Below, in pieces: positions 1-15,300 of a stretch of DNA of 64,000 nt. Numbering within the stretch: position 1 is the stretch's first letter; each line of letters starts with the position of its first letter. Source of the DNA: an uncultured virus (IMG/VR IMGVR_UViG_3300031992_000037) (taxonomy: Duplodnaviria > Heunggongvirae > Uroviricota > Caudoviricetes); the IMG/VR virus record IMGVR_UViG_3300031992_000037; one strand, written 5' to 3'. A model generated the notes under the pieces. That model was not told the origin of the DNA, did no database searches, and saw only the letters and a list, made by a program, of their open reading frames with translations. The translations under genes were made by a program, and so were the position numbers.

Positions 1-3000
1 ACATAAATACCCTACCCAGTTAAGTCTGAACCCATATAAATGTATCGTGTTCCATCCGAGTCTACTAATATATCTCCTTCCTTTGGTGCTATATCTGATT
101 CTGCTTCTGAAACTTTCTTATAATAAATCTATTCATTAGTTAAAGCATTGGTATATAACTGTAAATTTGTCCAAATTTTTGATTTTATATAATTAGTCTA
201 CTAATTATCATCTATAGATTTAATAAATGCCCTACATAGTTTAGATTTTTTAATTTTTTCAGACTTATTAAGTAAAGCTCTAATATTATCCTCAGTTATT
301 CCTTCTGTTTCTGATACATAATTTAATATATAATTTAATTTATCAAAGTCTGTAGCAACCCTTCCAAGTTTACTAGATATATATAAGTGTAATAATGTAA
401 CTAATGTATCCTGTGATAATTTACCGTTCTTATCCATTCCAATCTATTTCTCATTAATTACAATAATTGGTGCATTACCAATATACTCAATATGTGACAA
501 AGTTTCACTTGATTTATCCAATCTTATTATGACTGGTTGCTTTTCTTCAATAAATTTAATTAAATCATCTCCAAAAAGATTGTCTTCAACCTCTAAATTT
601 TTAAACATCTCTGAAATTGAAATATCCTACAGAAAGGTTCCTGAGTTTTTTGTACCAGATAAAAGACTTGCCCAATCACTCACTCTAGTTAGAATATGAT
701 TTCCTAAATCTGTTAGAGTTTTTTTCTCTATAAAAATAGGTCGACCATTAATTCTATCTTCATTAGTTTGATTAATTAAAACAGGATACTAGAATTTAGT
801 AGTACTTTCCTTCGAAACTGCCGTTCCTGCAGTTTTTATAGTCACGTCAAGAATATACTACTAAGCAGTTTCAATTGATGCCCCTTCTCTAATATCAACA
901 TTTACAGTACTATATAGAGGGCTTATTGTTTTTATCCAGGCTTCTATCGACTCTTTATTAAATTCAATATTTGCAGCAAATTCTTTCGGAGACATTGTTT
1001 GAATAAAAGACTTTTTTACTGAAGTTGTAACCCTTGTTTCCTTATCTGTATATGTTCCCTATTGAGCAAGTGCATTAGCGAAGGGTATTATATCAGCTCT
1101 CCAAGCGAGCATTTGCTTTACTGCTAAATTGCGCACTTCCATATTGGAACTTGCAGTTTTTTGAGCTACTTCATCTAAATATTCAAACTATTTATCTATA
1201 TAATCTGTAATATTACTAAATCTCTTCATATTTTGATATATACAAGTTGTGCTTCCTTTTATATCATTTCTTGAAGTAATAACATTATATAAATAAAAAA
1301 GTTCACCAATCGTTAAAGGTTTGCCTATAACACTATGTAATCCAGATGGAATCTGTGCTATCTAATCAAATCCTTCGGAAACCATATTTATACTAAAAGC
1401 AGTAGCTTGATCTTCTTTTGCTAAGAATGCATCTAAGGTTATATCGTAATAAGGTAATTCAGTTATATAATCTTTTACAACCTGTAATCTCTATACAAAT
1501 GCATTATCTTTATATTTTTTAATAATGCTTGGAATAAAGGCATTATTCATAAAATCAATAAATCTATCAACTTTAATAGAATCTGTAACACCAATAAATG
1601 CATCATCTACTAAATCTTGGTTCCAGTTTGGAAATAATTTAGAAATCTCAGATTTTTTAATGCTATAATCACGCATCTCTTCTAATCCCTTTTGTATAAA
1701 ATACTAGTCTATTAATCTAAGTAATTTATTAGAATAATTAACATAATCTTTAGTTCCATTAGGAATTATTTGTGCGTATTCAATATTAGTCTCCCCATCA
1801 TTATCTTTATCATCTTCAATATTAATATTTTCATCTAAATCTAAATCATCTAAAGAATGCTTATCTATAATGGATCTAAGTAATGATGCTTTTCCAATAG
1901 TCTAACTAATCAATCTAACAGTTTTACTGATGCTTTCAAGCTATTTATTAAAATGTGGGCTAGTTAAAACCACTCTCATTACATTTACACCAGATTTCGT
2001 AAACTGATACTGATCTAGGGCATTTTTTCTATACTCAGAGTTATTTGGATCAAATAGTCTATCAAAATTTAATGGCTCCTAACCATCTACCAATATATTT
2101 TTTCCAGGATTTCTACTTAAGTAATCTTTAGCAATATTACGTTGATTCTGTGTTGAAATATTTATATTTTTAAATCTCTGAATTTTGCTTTTTGATAAAC
2201 CTGTTAAAAATCCAGATAGTTCAGTATATTTACTTTTAACTCCCTAATTTACTTTGAAATAACTTGTTAAATCTCTAAGTTCAGATGCTAAATCACATAC
2301 TTTTAATAGTGATCTATAAGTATTCTCATCAAATTCCTATGCGTGTTTTTGAATTAGTTTTTTAATATCATTAGTATCTAATTTTATCAAGGAAAATTTA
2401 CTTGAGTCTAAATCTTTAGCAATGGTGTTCATTAAATTCACACATATATTAATAACATCGTCTATATGCATTCCATAAGTAATCATTGCTAATGGTAATG
2501 ATAATAATTCTGGACGCCCATTCATTTTTGCTAATGCTAACTCTTTAGCATTATCAGTTGCTAGAGATATAAAAATACTCAATGTATCAGCAACATTTGG
2601 TTCAAAGGACCTTGAAAAATATAAAAACTTTTTAAAAGCCTCTTCTGAAATATCATCAGATTTAATAACACCCATCTTTACAGCTGTTTCATAAACATCC
2701 ATATAATGTGCACCCCTAGTTCCTAAAGCAGCCCACTATTTATTTTTAAACACCTATAATAGTGGATGCTATGTTATTCCAAACACTCTTTTATAACTTT
2801 CATCAAAGGCTTCCCACGAAATTTTAGTATTAGCTAGAGTAAAGAAATGTTCATGAATATTCTTTGCCTCTCCTGTTTTCGCATCTATTACTGTAAAATT
2901 TAAATCTATATTAATCTAGTCTTCAGGTGAAATTCCATTCTGTTGCATATTATAAAATTGCTACAAAGCCCCGGCAGCCTTTATAGCATTTGCGGCAATA

Positions 3001-6000
3001 CCAACATCCGTTTTTCCAACAGCATTTTCTCGCTAAATTTCAAATATTGTAAATGGATTTAAATCATTATATTTCTTATTACCACCGGCATACTTTGTTA
3101 TAACTTTAGTGACTGGTTTTGATTCCATAGGAACCTATGCAGCTTTTAAATTACGTAAATCAGACGCCGCTGAATATATGCCCTACATAATTCTATTCTT
3201 TTTAGCTGCTAAACCCTCATTCCAATTATTATATTTATTTAGGTTTTCAATTAAATCTGAAGGCTCTCCGATATAAAAAATATTTTTACTTTTATTTTCT
3301 TTATTATTTAAAAATTTAAGAATATTATCTACAATATCTAATTTAGTTACTGGATCGACTATTGAGAATATAAATTCAATATCCTAAATAGTTAAAGTGG
3401 GTTCTTTTAAAACTAGAGAAAGCTCATTCCCAATTTGGATATCTAGTGATGTTATTAATGGAAGTTTTCTCTTAATTTTATCCGTTAATATTTCAGAGGC
3501 TTTTAATTTATTCATATCAACCCCACCATCCTCAGCTATTTTTGAAATTGTTTTTCCTGACGGACAGGTTAACAATAAAGATCTCTAAATAGTCTCTGGA
3601 GATGAATAGTCTGTAAATGCATTTCCAGCAATTCTTCCTCTAGAATCCAACTCATACATCATAGTATAAGCTTTATCTATATCATAGTCAGAACCCTGAA
3701 ACCACATTTCCCATATATTCATATAACCATTATTTTCAGAAGTTTCTGTAAATGCAACCGTTTCATTGGCCAAGAATGATTGAAATGCTTGCGATGGAAT
3801 ACGAGCAGATACAGTTTTTAATGAAGTATAAAAAGACTATTCTAATTCTTTAGTGAGTTTCTTAATAGATCCATCAATATCTTTAAGATTAAAGGACTTA
3901 TGATTTAAAAAAGAAGCGTTTCCATAATAAGCATTGATATCTTTAGACATCGGTGAAAGGAGCACTCCCATATTTACTTTACTAATTCCCTAAATAAAAA
4001 TTTCTATTTTAAGTTTTGAATTATTATTAGGTCTACTAATAGAAACTTTTAAATCATCTGCCCTTCCCTATAATTTAATCCCCTCAATAACTCGACCATA
4101 CTCATCTGTTATTGATACTGTTCCATCATTATTCTATATTGTATTTGAATTTATTAAATTATCTGAAATCTAATTAGCTGAAAAAATTATATCAATATTA
4201 TCTAAAGCAACAGCTGATGCACCTTTGCCATAATTTTCTAAATTTATTGATGGATCTAATTTATATCTTTTTGCAACAAGTTTTTCAAAATAGTCAGGGT
4301 GTGTTTTTATATATGACATAGACTGATCCACACCATATTGAGTTCTATTCTTAGGTAAAATTTCCTCACCACCCTTATATTTAATATTAGTAACAAAAAT
4401 AGCTCCATATTTATTTATTGGGCCTGATATATTAGGTCTTCCATCTTTGAACCATTCTTTAAATCCTTTTAATGACTCAAAGTAGTATGGTGTATCATTC
4501 TTAAGTCCTCGGATATTAGCTCTTTGCCACATCTATAAGATTTTATCGTCTTTATTTTTAGCTAATTCTTGTGTACTTTTTAATAACCAAAAGTTTCCAC
4601 CATCCCAAGTAATCTAGGTGGTTTTTAATTCGCGTTTTTGATCATGAATTTTCCAAATTGGCTAAGTGTGACATAATTCAAATGCGACCTATAAATCTGC
4701 GGGTGTTTTGATTAAAATATCCCTAACACCATCAGAATATCTCTCACCAACTGTTAAATTAAAATTAAGTTCTGTAATTTCTTCACGTTTAAATAATTCA
4801 CTATTTTTAAAGAATTCAGATATAATTTCATCCTATGTTAATGGTATGAGATACTCTTTTTGATGATCTTTTATATATTCATTAGCAAGTTTTATTATGT
4901 CCGAATGAGTATAAACAACTCCATTAATATCTTCATAAACACCAATAATTCCATTTGCTGGGTTTTGAACGACCGCTACACCATTAAATCTCTATTTTAA
5001 TGAATCCTAATTCAGTTTAGTAACTAAACTTGAAGTTGCTAAATAAAATAACTACTAATTACTATAAGGTAATGTAGTAAATTGCCCAGAGGTTTTGGCA
5101 AATTCTTCCATCTATTTAAGCAATGTTTGAACAATTAACTCTGCATTACTTGCCACCGAGTTTGTCTATAATTGCTTAAGGAGTTCCTTTGCCATGTATT
5201 TATGAAATTCTGAATGATCTGGTGTATCCCATTTTTTAATAAATTTAGAAAAACTATCTTCTATAATGGATCCCAAAATTTCATACATATTTTGAACGAG
5301 CTCAGAATTTTCACCATTAAAAGCAATAGCTGTTATAACCTAAGTTAAAGCAGGGATTTCAGAATCTTCACCTTCATGTGAATAATCCTACTAAATTCCA
5401 TATCTTGAAGTGTTTATTTTTGTTGTAACTAATGGAGAATTTGTTCCAAATATACTTTTACGTGTATTTAGAACACCCTAAGACTCTTTAGAAGACTCCT
5501 CATCAACTAATTTCATAACCAGCTTAGGTTTAATTTCATCGCTGGTGTCATATTCACTAATTAAATCTGCGACTATATCATGTGAATCATCTGAAAATTC
5601 ATATCCACTATTGTCAGATCTTTTATAACATTCAGCTTTACCAAATGCTTTCCATAAATCATATACAGTATTAATTTTAAAACCTTCTGATTCTAACTGT
5701 AATCCTAAAGTCTTAGCAACCGCAAGGTCTGGAACTAAAGAATTATCATCTGTATAAGTCCAGGAAAATTTTATAGTTCCATTTTCAGGATTAACCTAAG
5801 TTTCACTTAAATGGGCCATTCGGCCATTAAATGAGTAATAAATATCATAACCTAATTCAATCTTATTTTCTTGCCCGGTCTTCCAATTTTCAAGAAATTC
5901 CTATGTTATTGGCGCATTATACATTTTACTCATCAATGCATATCCATCCATACCATTCCACTAATTTTCATTAGTAGATGCGGAAGTACTTCTAATCCAT

Positions 6001-9000
6001 GCATTATTCATTTCATAGTCAGCACATTTTAATTGTGTGAATCCGCCTAAATATGGTTGTAGTGCAATAATTTTCAGGGAGCTTGCAACATGCTTTCCAA
6101 ATGTACTTCTCTCTTCATAATGTCTACACATTCTAGTAGAAAACACAGCACCGTCATGTGCCTTCATGACATCAGAATTTCCAAAGAAATTCTGTACAGG
6201 CATTATATTATGCTCCATATGAGCAATTTTAATTTTATGTGGAAGCCCATATTTATTACCCCCCATAAAAGGTTCATATGAAGCTGGGCCAGAGTTATAA
6301 CGTTTTTTACTTTTATTAAGTCTAACCCCTTCTTCGTTCGATATGTCTTTCTAAGTTTCTGATGAATACTCTTTTAACTCTTCAGATGAGTGAACTGATG
6401 AGCTTTTATCATGTATCCAAGCATGCTTTAATGATACCTATAAATCAGCCTCTCTAGTTAAATATTTCATATAGTAATATTTTTTTAAAAAGGCATCTCT
6501 AAGTGGCTTTAATTTTTCATTTAATTCTCCTGCAAACGGGCTTTCTAACTATAAAAATTCAGATATTAATTTAAGGCTGTCTGTTTCAGATCCTTCTTTA
6601 TAAGGTAAATCAAATAGTTGACATAATCTAGCCTATTCTTCTTCACTAAGGGTGCTTAAAAAATCTGTTGGAAGTATTTTACATACTTTAAAATTATTAA
6701 GATCTTTAATAAATTCATTATATCCCTCATCTAAGACAGAATTAAAATAATCCTAATTATCGGCCATTCTAATTTGTTTATATAATGAATTATTAATACC
6801 AAGTCTGAATGAATTATCACCTAATTTATGAATTGAAAAATGAACTTCTCGTAAGATGTTGATATCAGAATCTGGATAATTTTTCTGAAAATTTCCTAAT
6901 AATTCTGATAATTTTTCCTAAGCAGCATATTCAGATGTAAATTCCCCAAGACCTTCTAAGTATTTGCCTAATGCCAATATATTACCAAACTGTTGACCAA
7001 AGATTTCCCCAGCGTCCTAGCATATTTTTGATTCAACTGCTTTGTAATAACTTTTATGCTAGTTATACCCAATATTTTTATAATCCTCTTCAGAAAGATT
7101 ATACATTGTTGTATACCCCTCATCTGATTTAACTAAGCATTTCATGTTCCAAACGCCTTTAGCAATTCTTATTTTATCAGAGTATGCTTCAATCTAATTT
7201 AGAAATATATTTTGTTTAACTATAGATTGCAAAAAGTCGCAGTACATACTAATTCCAGCCTAATCTGCAACCGAAACTTCTGGAGCCTAAAGAAATTTTG
7301 TAGAGTTTTTAGATTTAATTGCAACATCTCCACACATTACAATATGTGTAATATAGCCAGAATCTTTAGCTCTCTTTCCCCATGCAATAGTCTATCTTGT
7401 TAATTCAGGATACTTTACTAATAGATTTTCATTTTCAGAACCCTCCATCATCAGTTTAAAGTCTTCCAAATTTTTCTAAAAATCGCATATTGTATTATGT
7501 ACTGACTCAGAGGCTAATTGGTCATTATTTTGATTTAAAACTTTTTCAGTTGTAGCAGAATTTAGGGAAATTACAACATCAGAAAATTCTATATAATCAT
7601 CATTTCTTTTTAATTTTTTTATTATATTTTCAACTCCAGTTTTTAAAGCACTTTCTGACGGAATTTCTGAGGTATTTCCAAATTCCTAGATAACATATTT
7701 TCTATAAGCACGTAAGAATTTTCCCAATTTCTGGATATTATTTACGAATCTATCCTAAAGAAATTCATTTTGTAAAGAAATTCCTGTAATAGTTTGAAAC
7801 ATAAACTACATTCTTTCCGAAAAAATATCGTTGAATGTATCAAATGTTCCAGAGGGGCCTATTTGAAATTCATCAAAAAATAAATATTTTTTACCCTCAC
7901 TAAGTGTTCTAGTAAGTGCATTTCTAATACATGATATTACCCCCTATTTAGAATTCTGCCTTTCTAAAGGGGATTTCAATTCTGATGATCCCTCTGGTGT
8001 GATCATTTGATAAGCCATTGGTGAAGAGCTTAATCTTTGCACAACAGCAGCTGCTGCATTATCCATCGAGGTGTCCGATCTTTCCTTTACAGATGAATTT
8101 TCACTTTTTTGTACCTTTATATAAGAATCTAGATATTTTTTTAATTCTGCTGAAAGAGCTTTGCAAGAAATCTCTGAAGCTCTATCTTGAATGTGGGGAT
8201 TTTCTAGCACATTTATTAAAGCTTGAATTTTATCTTCAATACTTATTTCAGATTCTAAAACATCTATTAAATCCTGTTCTTTATATCCTAAATCAGTTCT
8301 AGCTCGCTTTAATGTTAATAGTAATCTACTCATAAATTTAGTAGACATAGTTTCCCCATTTGGAAGCTCTATGGATTCAACAAAATCTTTTAATAAATTA
8401 GATAGTCGTTTTTCTGCATCTATATCTGAAAAGTTATCAGCAAATGATCCAGGTAAATCTTTAGTATTTTCTTTAATATATTTATCTGGAATGTATGCTA
8501 ACTATCCAAAGTAATTTTTATTAACTTTAATGGATCCGTTAGTTAAATCTTCAACAACTTGATCAAAATTCTATAATATATAAAAAGCTGCTATTGGATT
8601 TATTAAATTTTTTCTGGTTTGAGTATTTTTTAATTCCTAGATAGGCTAGAAAATTTCTCCCCTATTTTTTAATTCTTTACTATAAATATAGTTCCAGAAT
8701 GTATCTAGCACCATTTTATAATTTTCTAAACTTTTCTAAGTATTAGAAGAAGACAGCTAAATTCCAAACATTACAGGAAGTTTCTACTAATCTTTTAGAT
8801 ATCTAATAATTGTGTTTAAAAGTTCCTGTCTATATTTTAATAATACATTAGATAAATCTTCTGTAGATCTTACTATTGTTTTTCCCTATGAGTCCCAACG
8901 GATAAGCCCCTTTAATCTGTTTTTAGTATCTCTGTAAACTGCTTGATTTATAGAGTTAGAAAATACGGGTATAAAACTTGATGAACTGTTTTTTGTATTA

Positions 9001-9344
9001 AAAAAATCTCCTGGATTCGGTACATGAATATCGTTCAACTATTTTTTAATGTTAATAGCTGTTGGTTTTATTACCATACATAAATCCTTAGAAATCATTT
9101 CATTTATTTCATCTAATGTATCCTGCAACTTCTATCTAATATTAATATCCGTAGATGCATCAATAGCCATCTAAATTAGATATTTTTTTTCCTGAGTAGT
9201 ATATACAACCCAATCAAATATCTAATCATTTTTAAATTGGGAGATAAGTGTATCATCTCCCAATTTTAACTTATTTAACCATTTCTAAGATGTCTCAGTT
9301 TTAAGTGTATTATTTTTAAAAAGTCTACAATATAATGTTCCCAT
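1..9344 (-). CDS. Giant virion-packaged DNA-dependent RNA polymerase, crAss-type single polypeptide, >3100 aa, 3' end beyond the window
   Basis: ATG at 9344. ORF-track fragments 201-437, 1491-1676, 2337-2702, 3384-3575, 3585-3773, 4170-4532, 5961-6266 and 7944-8348 share one frame and end at TAG. Catalytic DxDxD-type motif FQGSDYDIDK (~3672-3701) is preceded by SARIPSQ. Confidence 0.9.
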
Positions 9345-9354
9345 ATTTATATTT

Positions 9355-12300
9355 TTAAGTAATATTCTAACAGAATTCCAAAGAATCCGCAAAATCCTCG
9401 ATTATCTTCCTAATATCGTCTCTATCAAAATTACCCTAAATAAAACTACCAATTACAAACTATTTCTCATAAGCAAAATTAAATCCCAGTTCAATTACGC
9501 TTCTAATAAGTCCTCTATCAAGTTCAATAGTCTCACCATTAAAAGTAATTTGTGCGGGATCTGTAAGTATATAATTCTATAAATGAGTTATTACATTTAC
9601 TAATGGGAGGTTGTAATACATACCTCCAAGCTACTTGCCAAAAGCCTTTATATATTCAATAACGTCAGATCCACTTAATGTACTTCCATCGGATATTTTA
9701 ACCTGCGCATTTATTAGTACCTGTTCAAAAGCTTTTTCAAACTCCTCAATATTTTCAATTGAATCTCTAGTGTCCGGTACATCTTTAGAATCATTTATAA
9801 TTTCCAGATTACCTTCATCTATTACAAAATTTGCATATTCATAACCCCTTTCAACAATTATTGATTCTGGGGGGAGATTTATAAGATCCTCTATTGGTAG
9901 TGATTCATAGGCAAACTCAGAAAGGTTTTTATTAATATACCTTAAAATAGGGTCTAAAATTAAGTCAAAATTGCCATTAGTAATACATGTATTTGCTAGA
10001 TCAAATTGTATTGCTTTTCCAGTGGCTTCAGCTGTATTTTTCTATCTTTCAAACTAGGCTATCTATAACAAAGAGTCTACAAATGTATCTATTATATTTT
10101 TCTATAACCCTGATTCTCTTAGTGCTTCCTTTAATTTCTCTTTTAAAGATATGCCAGGCGTAGTTTCACCCGTAGATACAAATTGATCAAATTCATTTAA
10201 TATCTATTTATATTCCGGATTTTTAACAGCGTGTAATAATAAATTTAATAGTTTGCGATGTCCATAAAAACCTAAGGTATGTTGACCCGAAACTGCTGGT
10301 CTAGATTTCCACCAAATTCCATTATTTTTTTCAACACTGTCTCGATAGTATGTTAATATATCTGGAATTATTGACTTAACCTATATAGGAATTTTTTCAC
10401 CTATAGGGCTTTCTAAGATTATCCAATATTGATCAGAAAAGTATTTAAGTGATTTTTTTCCCTCTTTTGTAAAAGGAAGTCCTCTATATTGCTCAAACCA
10501 TTTTAAGAATTCATCTCCCTATGTATTAATGGTATGTTTAGTGGGATCCCAAACATCTTTTTGAGAATATTGAAATCCCATATCGATATAATTAGCCAAA
10601 GTAGTTCTTTTATATTTAAACTGATCTCCAAGTAATTCATAATTCAACCCAAGCGTTGGATCGATAACTAAATCTCGCATACCAGTCTACTAATAAAAAG
10701 CTGAATTAGTGGATACGTTCCCCATAAAAAAGCTTTTGGAACTTTTACTAATTAATTCAGATTTTCTTTTTGTTCCTTTCTGACGTAGTCTAACTACTAA
10801 TGGAACTCTTCCACTATCAAAATACTCAGAATAAAGATCTTTAATTAATTCACTACTTGTTCCATCTTCATCCTTTGTATATCCAATTCGCATAACAGTA
10901 AATGGGAATATTTTAATTTCCCCATCATCTGTCATCTATAGTGTGACTGTTGCCCTACATATATTTTCTGGAATTGGATCTTTATCATTTATTTTTTCAA
11001 AAGCCCAGTCCTAGGTTTTATTATATTTATGAATTAATATTTCAAAATCTGAACCACGGACAGCTAAATCCTTTCTTAAAAAGAGTATAAAAGATTTAAA
11101 TGATTTTAAAAAATCCTTACCAGAACGTAAAGCTAAATTTTTATCTATATTAAATCCTTTAGGGAGTTTATCTGCCTCTAGTAACATTTTAAAATGACCT
11201 ACCTCAGAATTAGAACTCCAGGCCTCCAACCATTTTTTATTATAACCTTTAATTTTTTTAATGGTTTCTCTAGATTCACCTGTTCTAATATACCATCCCT
11301 AACCTATAAAGAATTTGGAATCGTTTCCCCACTATTTAGAAATTCTTCGACTTATAGTTGATCTAGTTTTTTCTTTCGGAGTCTCAGATGATTCTTCAGA
11401 TATTTTTTCTGAAGGTGTTTTAGATTCTTCTTCTGTCATATCGTCAATAACAGTCGAATCTAATTCTTCTAATTCAATATTAGTAAGCTCTTTATCTGGA
11501 ATTTTTTTTACCTTTTCTGGAGACTCTTCTAAATCTTCTGTTTTTAATTTTGGTATTGTATTATCTAAATCTTCTAATTTTGGAAGTATTTGTTTGAGTG
11601 TCTCAGATAATTCCTATCCAAAATTTGATGAGATTTTACTAAATAACGCCACATTTTTAACAACATGATCTTTATTTAAATTAACTGATTCAAATAAATC
11701 ATCAGAATCAGCCTGAATAATTAAAACACCATTTTTACCACGTGTTATTGTTGTGTAGCATTTTGTAGCATTAGTCTCTGTTGAATGTATATCTGAATTT
11801 TTAGCCTTCTACTTATATGAAATAACATAATCATATTCAGCGCCCTATAAATCTTTCAATGTTTTTATAACAAATTTGTCAGAGCCTAACCCAAAATTCT
11901 AAAGATCTGCTTTTACCGCATCTGAATTATCATAACTATCAACAACTACTACAATACTTCCAGATATATTATCTATAACATTCTAAATTTCATCATTATC
12001 CTATGAATAATGGATTCCTAAAAATCCATTTGATTTATTTATAGTATATTCAAAAGATATTTCTGATAAACCATCTAGTAAATCCCTAGAAGTATTACTA
12101 TCCCACGCAGCATCACGTTCAATATCTTGGTTACCAATGCCATAATGTTTACTATCTAAAGTAGATTTTAAAATAGAGGTGTTATAATTCATCGCTTGAT
12201 TGTGAAACCTCCATCCGCCAGATAATTTTGGAATTGATATTTTTCCCAAATATCTTAATCCACCAGTAAATATTGCATTATTAAATTCAATAGTATCCGA

Positions 12301-15300
12301 TTGCTAAGTTTCATCCCCCAAAGCTATAATAATACCCTTATTTTCAGACACCATTTTCTATAAAACAGCATATTCAAATGCATTTAATAAAGTACATTCG
12401 TCTAAAATAAAAGCGGTTTTATCAGAATTAATATAATGAATTTCTGGAAGTGTGTTAAACGTTTTTCTAGTTGGCTGGGAATCTTCTAAAATTTTACCAT
12501 CTACTATAGGTAAATGACATACAAATTCAATAACAGTTTTATCCCCATCTTTTATCTACACTATAATCTAGAGATCGTCTGGATTAGCTCTATTAATGGA
12601 GAAGCCATCTGGAAGTTCTACTTCTTCGCCCTTAGATAATTTAGAGATATTACTATTAATAAATTCCTCGGCCATCTTTTCATACTCTTTATAATTTTTA
12701 GAGTATGTTTCAAATTTTTCATCTGAAATTAATTTATGTAACTATTTAGAAGTTACACTTTCATCAGAATCACCTCCAAATAATTTATATAACTCATCAG
12801 TTTTCTCCTAAGCTAGTGCTGTTGTTGCTATTTTATATCCCTTAGATTTTAAATAATCTTTTAATAAACTAGATATAAAGGTCTTTCCAGCGCCACCCTC
12901 ACCAAATAAAAAGATCATTCTCTCCATTTGATCCTTTATCCAGAGCTCTCCTGGGTTATTATTGATCTGATTATTAATATATCTATTAACTGAGTCAAAT
13001 ATTTTTGAGTTTTCTATATAAGTAATTATCCATTCCAGTGCCTCGAGTTGATCCTATCTAGGATAAAAGTTTGGATTTTTATCAAGAACATCTTTCTATA
13101 TTATAGTCTATACACTTTTTGGATCTATGGCTAAATACCCAGAGAATTTATACGCCCAATAATATCCGTTAATTATTGAATTTCCAGCCGCGTCTTCCTG
13201 ATAAATGTTAGTAATATCTGAATCGAAATCACATAAATTTATCCCAGAATCTGTTTTAGAAATTAAATTACCTGATATTAATTCTGATGGCATGATAATA
13301 TTCTATATTATCCAATCATCCAAATCATCAGAACCTGCCTGAGATACATATTTTTCTCTAAGTGCCCTAATATTTTTACAGATTTCCTATTCACATTTTA
13401 AAATAAATTCTAATTGTGCACTCTCATCATCTGGAATATCCTGATTAATAAGCTCTTCATCGAGAAGATAATAATCCTTTTTATCAGGCAAAGTTAGCTT
13501 AGGTCTTCCTTTATAAAAAGAAACTTTACTTTTTATAAATTTTTTCTTCTAAGCCTTAAATACCTGTAATTTATTAGCAGTTAATTCCGAACTAATCTGT
13601 TTTAAATCACTCAAACGGAACTGAATATCGCTAATCATTGCTTTAACCATTCTAGCATCTTCAGGATCAATTAAACCTAATAAATCTTTTTTATGTGTAG
13701 GATCTCCATATGCATTCAGATACTAAACACGCAACTGATTAAATCCATACATTCTCTAGTCCTTCTCTAAATCATATGAAGTCATTCCTTCTATGACTGC
13801 CATCATAACTTTTAAAGTTTGTATGGTGGAATCAATTGCTTCAAGTTCAGAATCTGAAAAATTGGTTTTTTCAAAGTCGCCTTCTCCACGCTAAACTTTT
13901 AATTCCTAATCAATAAAATATTTACCTAAAGTTGATCCTTTTGTTGTTCCATTTATAGCTAAATATAATTTATCAAAAACCCCCAATAATGGATTTTTTA
14001 CCGCGGTTGAGCTAGTTACCTTAGTATTAAATTTGTTTATTTGATCAAATTCAGGCTGAAGATATTCTTTAAGAGCTTGCCCAACACTTGTTCCAACTGG
14101 ATAAGTTATTCCAATTATTTTAGAAAATTGTTCAAGTTCTTCTGGTGTATTTACTGGTTGGTAATCTTTACTTAACATCTCTCCGAATCTTTGTAAACCA
14201 TCTAATGATTTTAACGATAGATCTTGGAAATCTGATTCATATGCTACAAATTCATCCTCTCTAGCCTCAAAAAAAGGTCTTACTTTATTTAACTTATCAA
14301 TCAACTATATCTTAATAATCTACTCTATACGATCTAAAATACCCTATTCAACAGCATCATCATCCGCAATATAATCGTATAAATCATTGAACTATATTCC
14401 AGATATTTTAGATAAGTCTGCGTTTGAATTATAATTAATAACTCCAGAACGAATGTCTACAGTTGAGTCAGAAGTGTCTGCAAGTTCATTTATTCTATGT
14501 CTATATATAGAAGACTCGTCTCCATATCTCTCATTTACACGGGCAATTAGATTTTTAACAGACTCTTCATTAAGTTCAACAAATCTTGCCGCAAAAGCTT
14601 CAGAATTAATTAATTCTGCCAAAACTTTTTTCTATTCATCATTAAATCCTACAAATTCAATAACTCCATTATCTATGAGGGCTTTAGCCCAGTTAGTCTA
14701 CATTCTCTATTTAAGAGTAAATGCATTAGGATGGGCTTTTATATAAGATACTAGATTTTTAGTTCTAAATTCAGAATTTACTTTGTCAAGTTTGTCCTTA
14801 GCTGATGAAACATTTGCATCATACTAAATATCCTATTTTAACTCTTGACGAGCAGAAAGAAGCTATTTCTCTTTTTCATCATCATTCCAGGAGTCAATTA
14901 AATCTTTATCAAAAAAATGGTCTATAGGCAATTGATCTATATATTCAGATAAAGTTTCTGTATTAATTATAGACTTTTCAATAGCTTTTATTACAGCATA
15001 TTTATGCTCCATATCAACAAACTTTGATAACTCTGGTGAGATTCTTTGTTGTATAGAATCAAATACATTGACCATTAAATCCACATATTTAACAAACTCT
15101 GGAGTAACTTCCCCAAATTTATCGTGTGTATATAACTTATATAATTCATCAACCTTAGCTTTGGTTAATTTATCTGGATCTGGAGAATCGTCTTCTAACT
15201 AATCATAACTTTTATTAACTCCATCCTTATTTAAAACATTTTGATAAAAAGATTCTTTATCCAAACCTAATAAAGCTTGACCCAAGAATGGGTTAGATAT

